Source: Thermomonospora sp. (lineage in GTDB: Bacteria; Actinomycetota; Actinomycetes; Streptosporangiales; Streptosporangiaceae). Taken from it: 40,528 nt of DNA. Positions within the stretch are counted from its first letter, which is position 1. Every line of letters starts with the position of its first letter. Below, in pieces: positions 7,743 through 18,400 of the stretch. Below the pieces are notes generated by a model. That model searched no databases and was not told the origin of the DNA. It worked only from the letters and a program-made list of their open reading frames with translations. The stretch spans positions 1 to 40,528 of the forward strand of contig DATADI010000086.1 of assembly GCA_036258615.1 (NCBI GenBank). Reading direction: 5' to 3'. The position numbers were made by a program, and so were the translations under genes.

Positions 7743-8869
7743 GACAACCGTTGCGGGCTCACGTCGGTGATGTGGATCCCCTGGGCCGTCAGGTCTGCGG
7801 GAACGGTGCCGGTGAGCAGCAGGCTCGCGGCCAGACGGGCCAGGGCGGGGGCGAGTTGGAGGCCATAGCCGCCCTGGCCTGCGGCGAAGTGGAAGTCGGG
7901 GATGGCGTCGTAGGCGCCGACGACCGGTTCGCCGTCGCGGACGAAGGAACGCAGGCCCGCCCAGGCGTGGGCGACGCTGCGCAGGCCGAGGGTGGTGGCC
8001 TGGTCGACGGCGTCGATGGCGCGGGCGATCTCGGTTTCGTCGGGTCGGGCGTCGCAGGGCGGGCTGGGGGCCTCGTCGGACGGTGACACCAGCACGCCGC
8101 CGGGGTCGGGCTTGAAGTACCAGCGGTCCTGCCCGTCGGCGACCAGCGGCCAGCGGTGCCGGTCCGGGAAGCCGTGGACGGGGCTGATGAAGGCCGTACG
8201 GCGTTTGGGTTGCAGGCCGATCGGCGGGACGTCGGCGAGCGCGGCGACCTCGTCGGCCCACGCACCGGCGGCGTTGACGATGGTCGCGGCGCTGACGCGG
8301 TGCCGCCCGGCGGCCAGCTCCCAGCCGGTGGCCGCGCGGGTGATGCGGTGGACCGGCGCGGCCGTGACAACGGTGCCGCCGTGCCGGCGGATCCGGCGCG
8401 TGTAGGCGGCCAGGAGGGCGGCGGTGTCGATCTCGGTCCCGTTGACGTCGAGGCCGCCGCAGCGGACGACGTCGGGGCGCAGCGCGGGGCACCAGCGCAG
8501 CGTCTCGGCATGATCGGTCGGCTCCAGGCCGACGTCGGCGGCCACCCGGTCGCCGACGATCCGCTCGCCGCCGTCGTCGGTGGCCACGACGAGCAACGGG
8601 CGGGGGCTCAGCAGGCGGGGCCGCCCGGCCTCGGCGAGCCGGTCGAACAGCGGGCGGCTGGCGAGGGTGAGCGCGCGGGCGACCGGGCCGCCGTAGCTGG
8701 GCAGATGGACCGCGGCGGCCCGGCTCGTGGCGTGGTACCCGAGCCGCGGTTCGCCCTCGAGGAGGACGACCCGGCGGTCGGCGGCCAGCTCGGCCGCGAC
8801 CGACACTCCGGCGACGCCGCCGCCGATGACGGCGACGTCACAGGTCAGGTCACTGGTGGTGCCGCTCAT
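7739..8869 (-). CDS. FAD-dependent oxidoreductase, DAO family (D-amino acid dehydrogenase-like)
   Basis: VIGGGVAG, YHATSRAAA, VNAAGAWADEVA, WAGLRSF and AGQGGYGLQLAPA. Confidence 0.9.
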   Translation of the reverse strand: MSGTTSDLTCDVAVIGGGVAGVSVAAELAADRRVVLLEGEPRLGYHATSRAAAVHLPSYGGPVARALTLASRPLFDRLAEAGRPRLLSPRPLLVVATDDGGERIVGDRVAADVGLEPTDHAETLRWCPALRPDVVRCGGLDVNGTEIDTAALLAAYTRRIRRHGGTVVTAAPVHRITRAATGWELAAGRHRVSAATIVNAAGAWADEVAALADVPPIGLQPKRRTAFISPVHGFPDRHRWPLVADGQDRWYFKPDPGGVLVSPSDEAPSPPCDARPDETEIARAIDAVDQATTLGLRSVAHAWAGLRSFVRDGEPVVGAYDAIPDFHFAAGQGGYGLQLAPALARLAASLLLTGTVPADLTAQGIHITDVSPQRLS

Positions 8870-8960
8870 GCCGAGGCTGCTCCCTTGGGGCGGCCGGAAG
8901 GCGGTGTGGCGTCGCCCAGATCGTAGAGCGTTCCGCGGAGCCCGGGGGCGGCACCCGGGT

Positions 8961-8980
8961 TTTCTTCCTGAGTAAAGAAA
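8961..8980. promoter_or_regulatory. Candidate ROK operator
   Basis: AT-rich palindrome TTTCTT-N8-AAGAAA directly upstream of the ROK gene; related to the sites at 18682-18731. Confidence 0.6.
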
Positions 8981-8994
8981 GTACCCTGGAGGCC

Positions 8995-10206
8995 ATGAGG
9001 GGCGAGATCGGGGCCGGGGTCGTGGTGGGTCGTCGGGGCGGACGGGCGGTGCGGGCGGAGCCCGAGCTGGTCGGGGACGGGACCAAGGCGCAGATCTTCG
9101 CCGAGATCCTCAGCTCCGGCCCGCTGTCGCGGACCGAGGTGGCGCGGCGGCTGTCGCTGTCCCAGTCCACGGTGACGAAGATCGTGAATCCCCTGCTCGA
9201 GCTGGGCTACCTCGTGGAGGCCGGTGAGCGCAGCTCGGGGAACGGCCGCCCGCAGCGGCTGGTGCGGGTGGCGCGCGACATGCACAACGCGATCGGCGTC
9301 AAGCTGGCGCCGGCGCACGTGACGGCGGTGCTGACCGACCTGGAGGCGGGCGTGCTGTCGCGGATGCGGGTGTCGATGCCGCCGGGGTACTCGCCCGACT
9401 ACGCCCTGGACACGGCGGCGGCGGTGGTGGACGAGCTGCTGGAGGCGGCCCCGGGTGCGCGGGAGCGGCTGCTGGGAGTGGGGGTCGGGCTCGGCGGGCA
9501 CGTGGACTCCCGGTCGGGCCGGTGCGTGTACTCCGGGGTGCTGGGCTGGCGGGACGTGGACCTGGCGGGGCGGCTGGCCGAGCTGGTGGGGCTGCCGGTG
9601 TTCGCCGACAACGACGTGAACGCGCTGGTGATCGCCGAGCGGTGGTTCGGGGAGGGCCGCGACAGCGACTCGTTCGCCGTCGTCACGGTCGGGGCGGGCA
9701 TCGGGTGCGGGCTGGTGCTGCGCGGGGAGCCGTACGTGGGGGTGGCCGGGCTGGGCGGCGAGCTGGGGCACGTACCGGTGCAGCCCGACGGGGCGCTGTG
9801 CTCGTGCGGGAGCCGCGGGTGCCTGGAGACGGTCGCCTCCGACGTGGCGGTGATGCGGCAGATCGCGGCGTCCGGCCTGGACTGCGCGAGTGTGGAGGAG
9901 GCCGTCGCCCTCGCCAGGGAGGGGGAACCGGCGGCGGTGGCGGCGTTCGCGTCGATGGGCGAGGCGCTCGGGCGGGGGCTGGCGGTGCTGTGCAACCTGC
10001 TGAACCTCGACAAGATCGTGGTGACCGGTGAGCGGGCGGGCGCGTACGACCTGTTCGGGCCGGCCTGTGAGGCGTCGCTGGCGGCGCACGGGTTCTCCTC
10101 GGCGGCGCGGGACTGCTCGCTGATCGTGGACGTGGCCGACGACTACCTGTGGGCGCGGGGCGCGGCCTGCCTGGTGATCCGCAACGCGGTGTACGTGAGC
10201 CGCTGA
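8995..10206 (+). CDS. ROK family transcriptional regulator
   Basis: N-terminal HTH (LSRTEVARRLSLSQSTVTKIV, GRP), DNDVNA, GAGIGCG, and GELGH...CSCGSRGCLE zinc motif. Confidence 0.93.
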   Translation: MRGEIGAGVVVGRRGGRAVRAEPELVGDGTKAQIFAEILSSGPLSRTEVARRLSLSQSTVTKIVNPLLELGYLVEAGERSSGNGRPQRLVRVARDMHNAIGVKLAPAHVTAVLTDLEAGVLSRMRVSMPPGYSPDYALDTAAAVVDELLEAAPGARERLLGVGVGLGGHVDSRSGRCVYSGVLGWRDVDLAGRLAELVGLPVFADNDVNALVIAERWFGEGRDSDSFAVVTVGAGIGCGLVLRGEPYVGVAGLGGELGHVPVQPDGALCSCGSRGCLETVASDVAVMRQIAASGLDCASVEEAVALAREGEPAAVAAFASMGEALGRGLAVLCNLLNLDKIVVTGERAGAYDLFGPACEASLAAHGFSSAARDCSLIVDVADDYLWARGAACLVIRNAVYVSR

Positions 10207-10338
10207 GGGCGGGGCGGGCCGCGCACGCCTCCCAACACACGCGTACCCGCCCCGCGTCCTGGCCGGACCGGCCCGTGCGGGGCGATCCGTGGGTTCCGGC
10301 CCCGGGCCGACATCGGCCCAGGGCCGCTCAGGTGCCGG

Positions 10339-12549
10339 TCAGTCCTCGTAGATCCACTTCTGGCTGTTCCAGGTGCCGCAGTCCCACAGGTGCAGGGCGG
10401 CGCCGTCGGCGGTGCTCTGTTCGAAGACGTCCAGGCAGCGGCCGGACTTGGTGTTCCTGAGGGTGCGGTCGGGTTGGTGGGTCCACTGCTGGGAGGCGTA
10501 GCCGCCGCAGTCCCACAGATGGGCCCTGGTGCCGTTGGCGGTGTATCCGCCGACGACGTCCATGCACTTGCCGAGCGCCTTCAGCCGGGTGCCGTCCACG
10601 GTCCACGCCTGCTTGGCGGAGCCGTCGCAGGTGCCCTGCTGGATGGCGGTGCCGTTGGCGGTCGAGCCACCGGCGACCTCGATGCACTTGCCGTTGCTGT
10701 TGACGATCCGGATCGTCCCGCCCGGCGGGTCGGTGGGGGTGGGCTGGTTGTCGTCGACGGTCTTGTCGAAGTAGATGAAGTCCCAGTTCTTCAGCTGCGG
10801 GACGGTGAAGGACACGTACCGGCCGCCGCCGTCGGTGCCGGTGGTGAAGGCCAGTTCGCTGGACCGCCCGCCGTCCCGGTCGGGGCTGGCGACGTGGATG
10901 CTCGGCGGAACGGGCTGGTCGCCCAGGTAGTACTTGACCGGCAGGTTGGTCAGCGTCGGCGGGGTCTGGGTCCCCGCGTCACGCCACCTGTTGTCGTTGC
11001 CGAGCAGGTTGATGAGGTGGATGACGTCGACGCCGTCGTTGCGCATGACGTTCGTCCAGATGGTGTTGCCCTGGCCGTCGTTGCTGGTCGGCTGTCCGGA
11101 GATGTGGACGGCGTTGGAGGCGGCGCGCAGGTTCGGCCCGTAGAAGAGGTTCTCGTACCCGGTGATGACGTCGTAGTAGACCTTCTGCCAGGCCTTCAGC
11201 TCGGCGGACATGGTCTTGCTCTTGTTGAGGAAGTACTCGGTGTTGAGCATGTGGTCGTTCGGGCCCATCTCCAGGTGGAAGGCCCCGTTGGCGGCGAACA
11301 TCGCGTTGGCGAGCTGCACGGACGTCGTGTCGAACACCGAGTTGTTGTTCGGCGTCCCGTCCGGGGTGTTGGGCCGGTTCATGTAGGCGGGGGTGACGTG
11401 CGGTTTGCCGCCGGACGCCTGCCGCTGCCTCTCCAGGTAGTTCTTGACGTTGGGGTGGGTCTCGTAGTTGCTCCACAGCTCGGTGTAGAGGTAGTCGGCG
11501 TTCGTCCTGGCCAGCTCGGCGTCACCGAAACCGTCCACGGCGTTGAACCCGACCGCGTTGCGCCCGGCGGGCAGTGCGGCCCTGGTCCGGTCGGTGAGCT
11601 GGGCGAACCCGGCGGGACGGTCCACCCGGTTGCCGTTGACGTCGTACATCTCCTCCCAGTAGCCGATCTGGTCGAGGTGGGCGCCGTCGAACCCCATCGA
11701 GTGCACCGAGTCGACGTACTGGCCGATGATGTGGTCCTGCCAGGCGGTGTTCTGCGGGTTCATCAGGTGCAGAATCTGGTTGGGCAGCATCTGGTACGTC
11801 CACGGCTGCCCGCCGCCCTTGAACAGCCGCCAGTTGGGGCTGACCTGCGACTGGTCGTAGTCGTTGAGCGCGGCGTACGACATCTGGTACGGCAGGGCGG
11901 CCACTCCCCGGGTGTGGCCGGAGCCGATGTAGTTCCTGACCGTCTGGGAGCTGATGGTGTCGCCGTTCCAGGCCGTCCAGGTGGCCGCGACGCCGGATCC
12001 CTCGTGCCTGACGGGCCGCTCGTGCTTCCACAGCCAGTCGTAGTACTGCAGCGCGTTGATGTGGTATCGCTGGGACAGCTCGGCGATGTCGCCGTCGGCC
12101 TCGCCCGCGGAGATCCCGGGGCCGTAGAAGGCCAGGAAGCCCTGGCGGGGGAAGCGGGTCCAGGAGCTGGACACGTCGATGGCGGTCTGGGTACGGCTGG
12201 AGCCGCTGTCGATCTCCACCAGATAGCCGGTGTAGTCCGTGGTCGGCGGCCTGACCTTCCAGGTGACCTGGCCGCTGCCGGAGGACTGGACGGTCGCCTG
12301 CTGGACGACGTCGCCGAGGTGGGTGAGCCGGAAGGTGACCGGTCCGCTGCCGTCCACGCGGGCGGTGACGGTGGCCTCCTGGCCGGGCGCGTAGCGGGAG
12401 GCGTCGGTCCAGGCGTCGAGGACGGTGGCCGCCGACGCCGACAGCACCGGCAGGACCGCGAAGCTCGCGCAGGCCAGCCCAACGGCGCCCGCGGCGGCCA
12501 CCGCGCCGCGGAGCCGGGATCGGGCTGGTCTTGGCGGTAGATGCGTCAC
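10339..12549 (-). CDS. Secreted GH66 dextranase / cycloisomaltooligosaccharide glucanotransferase with C-terminal ricin-B (CBM13) domain
   Basis: GTG 12549 follows AGAAAGG; signal peptide present. GH66 motifs DVSSSWTRFPRQG, HINALQYYDW, GFDGAHLDQIG, YTELW and HLEMG...EYF; three CxDV/QxW lectin repeats. Confidence 0.9.
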   Translation of the reverse strand: MTHLPPRPARSRLRGAVAAAGAVGLACASFAVLPVLSASAATVLDAWTDASRYAPGQEATVTARVDGSGPVTFRLTHLGDVVQQATVQSSGSGQVTWKVRPPTTDYTGYLVEIDSGSSRTQTAIDVSSSWTRFPRQGFLAFYGPGISAGEADGDIAELSQRYHINALQYYDWLWKHERPVRHEGSGVAATWTAWNGDTISSQTVRNYIGSGHTRGVAALPYQMSYAALNDYDQSQVSPNWRLFKGGGQPWTYQMLPNQILHLMNPQNTAWQDHIIGQYVDSVHSMGFDGAHLDQIGYWEEMYDVNGNRVDRPAGFAQLTDRTRAALPAGRNAVGFNAVDGFGDAELARTNADYLYTELWSNYETHPNVKNYLERQRQASGGKPHVTPAYMNRPNTPDGTPNNNSVFDTTSVQLANAMFAANGAFHLEMGPNDHMLNTEYFLNKSKTMSAELKAWQKVYYDVITGYENLFYGPNLRAASNAVHISGQPTSNDGQGNTIWTNVMRNDGVDVIHLINLLGNDNRWRDAGTQTPPTLTNLPVKYYLGDQPVPPSIHVASPDRDGGRSSELAFTTGTDGGGRYVSFTVPQLKNWDFIYFDKTVDDNQPTPTDPPGGTIRIVNSNGKCIEVAGGSTANGTAIQQGTCDGSAKQAWTVDGTRLKALGKCMDVVGGYTANGTRAHLWDCGGYASQQWTHQPDRTLRNTKSGRCLDVFEQSTADGAALHLWDCGTWNSQKWIYED

Positions 12550-12617
12550 GTGAGATGCCTTTCTGGGGTGGGGGGGACCGGGGGGGGGGACCCCCCGCCC
12601 GGACGTGGTGATGTGGA

Positions 12618-15398
12618 TCAGCCCTTGGTGCAGGGCCGGCCGTTGAGCGTGAACTCCGAGGGCGTGGCCGGGGAACCGTCGGCCTGGAAGCCGATCTGGG
12701 TCGCCGAGCCGGGGGTGAGGGTGCCGTTCCACCCGGAGTCGGTGGCGGTGACGTCGCGGCCCGTCTGCGTCCAGTTCGCCGAGTGCCCGCCGGTCACCCG
12801 CTGGTCACCGGGGAACGAGAAGCCCAGCGACCAGCCGTCGACCGTGGTCGTTCCGGTGTTGGCGATCTGGACGTCGACCCAGAAGCCAGAGCCCCAGTCG
12901 CTGGCCACCCGGTAGGTGACCTTGCAGGACGGCGTGGAAGCGCTGTCGGTGCGTACGGTCGTCACCGGTGAGGGCGCGGACTCGCGACCCTCGGTGTCAC
13001 GGGCCACGACGTGGAACGCGTACTCCGTGCCGGGTGAGAGCCCTGAGACGGTCAGCGACGTGCTGGCCGAGGTCCCCGCCAGGGACCCGTCCCGGTAGAC
13101 GGCATAGTCCTTGACCGGTGCGGACCCCGCCGTGGAGGCCGTCCAGGTGAGCTTCACCGAACTCGCCGTGATGTCCGAGGCCACCGGCTTGCCGGGTGCG
13201 CCGGGCGGCTGGACTTCGGGGTCGCACAGCGTCCTGGTGTAGCGGCAGGCGACGATCGACGGGGTGCCCAGGTGCCTGTTCTGCTGGATCGACCAGGCGA
13301 GCCGGACGTACTGGCCGTGCGCCCAGCCCAGCGGGGTCGCCGAGAAGGTCGGCCGTCCGGCGACGTGGCCGCCGCCGCCCGCGGGGGCCCGGTTGTCCCA
13401 GACCTGTTCGGGCAGCAGCCCGGCCTGGGTGCTGGTCGCCGCCATGTCGGTCAGCCGCTGGGCTGCGTCGCCGGGCCTGCCCGCGGAGATCTCGTACTCG
13501 CCGCGCTCACCGGCGAACAGCGGCCACAGCCGTCCCTTGGTGGTCTGGCTGCCCTGGGGGAACCCGAAGTTCCACTCGCCGCCGTTGTCCTGCTCGCCGT
13601 AGCCGTCCCAGTTGTAGCGGTGCCAGTGACGGCCGCTGGGGGTCATGTCCGACAGCTGCTGGTCGACGACGGGGATGGTGGAGAGGATGTCGGGGTCGTT
13701 GGGCGGCAGCACGCCGAGGCGGACGGTCTCCAGGAACGACGGGTCCACCACGGCGCGCTGGTCGGCGTTGTTGGGGCCGCTGTCGCCGACGTCGTAGGTG
13801 GTGCCGTTGTTGGGCTTGCCGTCCTTGGTGATCCGCAGGAAGTACGGCTTGTCGCTGTGCGGGCCGGTGGTGGTGACGGTCCAGCTCTTGAGCTTGGACT
13901 GCCAGTCGTCGGCGGTCGCCAGGTACCTGGTCCGCGCGGCGGTGTCGCCGTTGGCCTGGGCGATGTCGGCGGCGGTGACCAGCCCGGCGATCTCCATGGC
14001 GATGGTGGCCGGGGAGTAGCCGCCCTGGTTCTCCCACCGTTCCTGCTTGGTGATGGGGCCGTTGGCCACGATGTAGTCGGCGGCCCGCCTGACGTGGCTC
14101 CAGGTGTCGGCGTCCTTGCGGCCCGCCGTCCACGCCAGGATGATCGGCGCGGCGACCTCGTCCATCTGCGTGTTGGTCCAGTGCTCGGTGCCGTCCAGCT
14201 TGCTGTTCTGCGGGAACGACCCGTCGGACTTCTGCTGCCGTTTGAACAGGTACGTCAGCGCCCGGTCGGCGGCGGCCGGGTCACCGGCGGTCAGCAGCCC
14301 GCCCGCCTTGCCCGCGGTGTCCCGCGCCCACACCAGGTGGTACGCGCCGGAGGGGTTCTCCAGGTTCGGGTTGGTGCCCCAGGCCCACGGCATGGTCGGC
14401 GAGGCAACGAACGCGCCTCGGTAGGTCTTGTCCTCATGGGCGGCGAGGATCATGATCGAGGAGTTGTAGACCGCCTTCTCCCGGTCGGTCTTGAGGCTGG
14501 CGGGCGGCGGCTTGAGGGTGGCGACGTAGTCGTGCCAGCCGTCGGCGTACTCGGCGGCCCGGTCCGCGAATCCCGCCGTCAGCGAGGCCCGCGCGGTGGT
14601 CAGCGCCGACCCCGCGTCGCGGCCGAAGCCCAGCGCGATCGTGGCGGTGCGGGACGAGCCGAGCCCGGTCACGTTGAGACGCCCGGTCTGCACGACGTTG
14701 CCGTTGGAGTTGGCGTCGTAGTGTCCGTCGAGGTCGAAGTCGTTCTTCAGGTCGTTCCAGCCGTCGCTGGAGCTGCCGAAGTAGCCGCTGGTGGTCTCGG
14801 CGAACGCGGGCGCCGACACCAGGGCGCTGCCGTTCTTGCCGTCCTCGGCGACCAGCGCGTCACCGTCGGTACGGCCGTGGTCGTCGGAGGAGTAGGACCC
14901 GCTGTTGGACAGCCGCGGGTTGTAGATCGTGTACAGCTTCAGCGGCTGCCCGGTCAGCGACTCGAAGTCCACGTTGAGCAGGACGGTGGGCCGGTCGGGG
15001 TCGGTGACGTAGGTCTTGGTGAGCCGCCACCTGCCGTTCTTGGCGGTGTTGACGACCTTGTAGGTCAGCGACCTGGCGTCGGTGAGGGTGGTGGAGTGGG
15101 TCGCCCCGTCGGTCTCCAGGTCGGCGAACGTGCTGCCGTCGGTGACCGCGAACTTCATGTCGCGCACCGACGGGGTCCCCAGGTCGGGGTAGTAGATCTC
15201 GGAGACCGCGCCGTTCTGGAGGGTGAACCAGACCTTGCTGTCGAGGGTCTTGGAGGTGCCGTAGCCGTCCTTGTTGGCCGGCGCCCAGGTGGGGTTCTGC
15301 CCTGGGGCGCCCGGCGCGTCCGGCAGCGCGTGCGCCGGGGTGGCCGGTGCCAGGACGCCGCCGAGCAGCAGCGCCCCGAGCAGCAGCGAGCGTTTCAC
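12618..15398 (-). CDS. Secreted GH15 glucodextranase/glucoamylase with FN3 and CBM2 domains
   Basis: Signal peptide; glucodextranase N domain (SKVWFTL...SEIYYP); HEDKTYRGAFVAS, YHLVWARD, QERWE and PEQVW; FN3 (LTWTAS...GLSPGTEY); CBM2 (CKVTY..SDWGSGF...WSLGF..NWTQ...WNG...NGRPC). Confidence 0.92.
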   Translation of the reverse strand: MKRSLLLGALLLGGVLAPATPAHALPDAPGAPGQNPTWAPANKDGYGTSKTLDSKVWFTLQNGAVSEIYYPDLGTPSVRDMKFAVTDGSTFADLETDGATHSTTLTDARSLTYKVVNTAKNGRWRLTKTYVTDPDRPTVLLNVDFESLTGQPLKLYTIYNPRLSNSGSYSSDDHGRTDGDALVAEDGKNGSALVSAPAFAETTSGYFGSSSDGWNDLKNDFDLDGHYDANSNGNVVQTGRLNVTGLGSSRTATIALGFGRDAGSALTTARASLTAGFADRAAEYADGWHDYVATLKPPPASLKTDREKAVYNSSIMILAAHEDKTYRGAFVASPTMPWAWGTNPNLENPSGAYHLVWARDTAGKAGGLLTAGDPAAADRALTYLFKRQQKSDGSFPQNSKLDGTEHWTNTQMDEVAAPIILAWTAGRKDADTWSHVRRAADYIVANGPITKQERWENQGGYSPATIAMEIAGLVTAADIAQANGDTAARTRYLATADDWQSKLKSWTVTTTGPHSDKPYFLRITKDGKPNNGTTYDVGDSGPNNADQRAVVDPSFLETVRLGVLPPNDPDILSTIPVVDQQLSDMTPSGRHWHRYNWDGYGEQDNGGEWNFGFPQGSQTTKGRLWPLFAGERGEYEISAGRPGDAAQRLTDMAATSTQAGLLPEQVWDNRAPAGGGGHVAGRPTFSATPLGWAHGQYVRLAWSIQQNRHLGTPSIVACRYTRTLCDPEVQPPGAPGKPVASDITASSVKLTWTASTAGSAPVKDYAVYRDGSLAGTSASTSLTVSGLSPGTEYAFHVVARDTEGRESAPSPVTTVRTDSASTPSCKVTYRVASDWGSGFWVDVQIANTGTTTVDGWSLGFSFPGDQRVTGGHSANWTQTGRDVTATDSGWNGTLTPGSATQIGFQADGSPATPSEFTLNGRPCTKG

Positions 15399-15490
15399 TT
15401 ACGACCTTCCCTTCGGGGGGTGGGAGCCGCCCCGGCTGGGCGGCCCCGTGACGTGGGAGGCGGTCTAAGTGGGAGGCGTTGTGCGAGAGG

Positions 15491-18400
15491 TCAGCGGGAC
15501 AGGGGCAGGAAGGGGATCGCGGGCGGCCGGGTGCGGTAGTCCAGGACGTCGGACTGCCTCTGGCCGGGGCCGACGATGACGTCGATGCTGTTGGGGTCGG
15601 AGGTGTCGGAGTCCTTGGCGGGGCCGTCGTCGGTGACTCCGGCGCCGCCGCCGAAGCGGTAGTCCCGCACCCACCAGGGGCCGGTGTTCCAGTGCTCCAG
15701 GCTGTAGACGGGCCGGACGTTGCCGATGCCCTCACCGGCCTCGGCGTTGCCGAACATCGCGACGGCGTATCCCGCGCCGGCCGGGTCCGCGCCCCCCAGC
15801 GCGCTGACCGGCAGGCTCGCGACGATCTGCCTGGCGGCCGGGACGACGGTCAGCTCCGCCGGCGCGACCTTCGTCCCGGACGGCGCGTAGGCCCCCGTGG
15901 CGTACGCGGCGTCCGGGTAGCGGCCGTCGGCGACCACCGCGAGCCGCCACGACCCATCGGTGTTCAGGTTGGTGCCGGGCAGCGCCGATGCGGGCGTCTT
16001 GGAGCCCTCGGCGGTGCGCACGTAGACGTTGAGGCGCTGGATGCTCATACCGTTGCCGCCCCACGGGTTGCGGATCTCCCCGGCGATGCGGGTGACCAGC
16101 CGCAGCGTGTCGCCGTCGCGGTAGACGTCGAAGGCGGCCAGGTCGAACGCGCCCGGGTTGAACGCGCTCGCGGCCGGATACACGTACGTTCCGGGCCCGT
16201 TGTCGTCGCCGGTCGGGTCGGTGAGGCCCCCGAGCCGCTCACCGTAGGCCAGGACCGTGCGGGACACGGCGTTGGTGCCGCCGTCCGCGCCGACCGCCGC
16301 GACGGTCACCGTGTTGCGCAGCGCGGGGAGCTTCACCGTGGCCGAGTACCGTCCGCCGGCGGGGGTGACCTCGGTGACCTGGCCGTTGACGTCGATGTAG
16401 ACCTTGGCGGCGGCGGTGGTGCCCTCGACCTCGATGCTCTTGCCGTTCGCCGTGTCCAGGTCGCCGGGCGAGGTGACGGTGAGGGCGGGCGCGGGCTTGG
16501 GGGCGGCGTACCGTGCGGCCACGACGCGCGGGGTCTCCACCGGCCGTCCCGCACCGATGCCCTGGGCCAGCCGCACGTACTGGGCCATCGCCCACGCCAG
16601 CGGCGCGGCCGACCCGGTGCCCTTGCCGAACACGTGCCCGTACGAGGTCGGTTCCGGCCGGTCCCACACCTGCTCGGGGATCATGTACCCGCTGCCCGCG
16701 GACTCGGCCATCGTCCGCAGGTACGGCAGCGCGTCCTGCCCGTTGGCCAGCGCGTACTCGCCGCGCTCACCGGACAGCAGCGGCCAGGGACGGCCGATGC
16801 CGACGCCCGTCCAGGGCGCGCCCTCGGCGGTCTCGCCGTACCCGTCGAAGGTGTAGCGCTTCCACATCAGCCCGGCCGGGGTGCGCACCGCGATCGACTC
16901 GTCCACCGCTTTCAGCGAGTGCGCGACCGCCGGGTCGTGGGGAGGCTTGACGCCGAGCCGGGTCAGCTCCAGGAACCCGGCGTCCACCACGCTGTTCTCC
17001 TTGTGGACGCCCGCGCCGTTGGCGTACTCGCGGGTGGCCCCGTCGTCGGGCTTCCCGCTGGCGTTGATGCGGACGTAGTACCGGCCGTCGCTGAGGTTCC
17101 CGGTCGTGGTGTACGTCCAGTCCTGGACCTTGCGCTGCCAGGAGTCGGCGACGGCCTCGTACACGGCCGCCGACCGGGCCTCGCCGTGCGCGCGGGCCAG
17201 GTCGGCGGCGCAGACCAGCGCGGCGATCTCGGCGGCGATGGTGGACGGCGAGTACCCGCCGGTCTCCTCCCAGCGTTCCTGCGGGGTCACGGGACCGTGG
17301 GCGACCAGGTGGTCGGCGGCCTTCTTGACGCCCTCGTGCCAGGCTCCGACCTGGTGGGCGAGGATGATCGGGAAGGCGGTCTCGTCGAGCTGGACGTTGG
17401 TCTGGTCGGGGGTGCCGTCCACCTTCGAGGTCTGCGGGAAGTGCCCGTCGGGCAACTGCTGGTGCTCGAACAGCCACCGCACCGCGGCGCGGGCCGAGGC
17501 GGTGTCCCCGGCGGCCAGCAGCCCCGACACCTGGTGGTACAGGTCCCGTGCCCACACGAAGTGGTAGCCGCCGTTCTTGCCGTCGGCGTCGACCGCCTGC
17601 CCCCACGGCAGCGTCAGCGACGCGATGAACGCACCCTTGTGGGTCTTGTCCTCATGGGCCTTCACCGTCATCAGCGACGCGTAGTACTGGGTGCGGAGCC
17701 TGCCGGTCAGCTCACGAGGCGGCTTCTTCAACCGCGCCAGGTAACGACGCCAGCCCGACTGGTAGGCCGCACGGGTCGCGGCGAAGGGCCGGCCGGCGGT
17801 CCCGGTCGCCGTGCGCACGGCCTCGGCGGCCGAGGCTCCGAAGCCCAGCGCCAGGGTGACCCGCGCCCTGCCTCCGCGTGCCGGGACCTGCCCGACCTGG
17901 ACGATGTTGCCCGGCCCGGCCTTGGCGTACGTGCGGGTCAGCGTGTGCTCGGCCTTGAGGTCGGCCCATCCGTCGCTCGCACCGCCGACATAGCCGCTGG
18001 AGGTGGAAGCGAAGCCGGTGGAGCCCACCAGCGCCGACGCCACGTCGCCGTCCTCGGTGACCAGCGCGCCGCCGATCGTGCGGCCGGTGTCGCCCTTGGC
18101 GGACCCCGCCATGGACGGGTCGTACAGGACGTACAGGCGTAGCGGGCCGCCCTTGAGGACCTGGAAGTCGACCTCGACGGCGACGCTGGAGCGCGCCGGG
18201 TCGGCCACGTACGTCTTGCGCAGCCGCCACCGGCCCGCCAGGTCCTCGGTGACCTGCTCGTAGGTCAGCGAACGCTCGTCGGCCAGCCGCACCGACCGCC
18301 GGGTGTGCTCCGACTCGCGCTGGGTGAACGAGCGGCCGTCGGTGACCGCGAAGTCGAGCGTGCGGACGTTCGGCTGGTCGCCGCTGGGGTAGTACACCTC

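Noticed and set aside
12550-12732. N-terminal extension of the GH66 ORF to 12732
   Set aside because: It overlaps the GH15 3' end and runs through the homopolymer tract; the RBS and signal peptide support GTG 12549.
10390-18142. Very long plus-strand ORFs (716, 755 and 887 aa) opposite the GH66/GH15 genes
   Set aside because: Antisense shadows caused by high-GC codon bias; no motifs, and the opposite strand carries clear enzyme genes.
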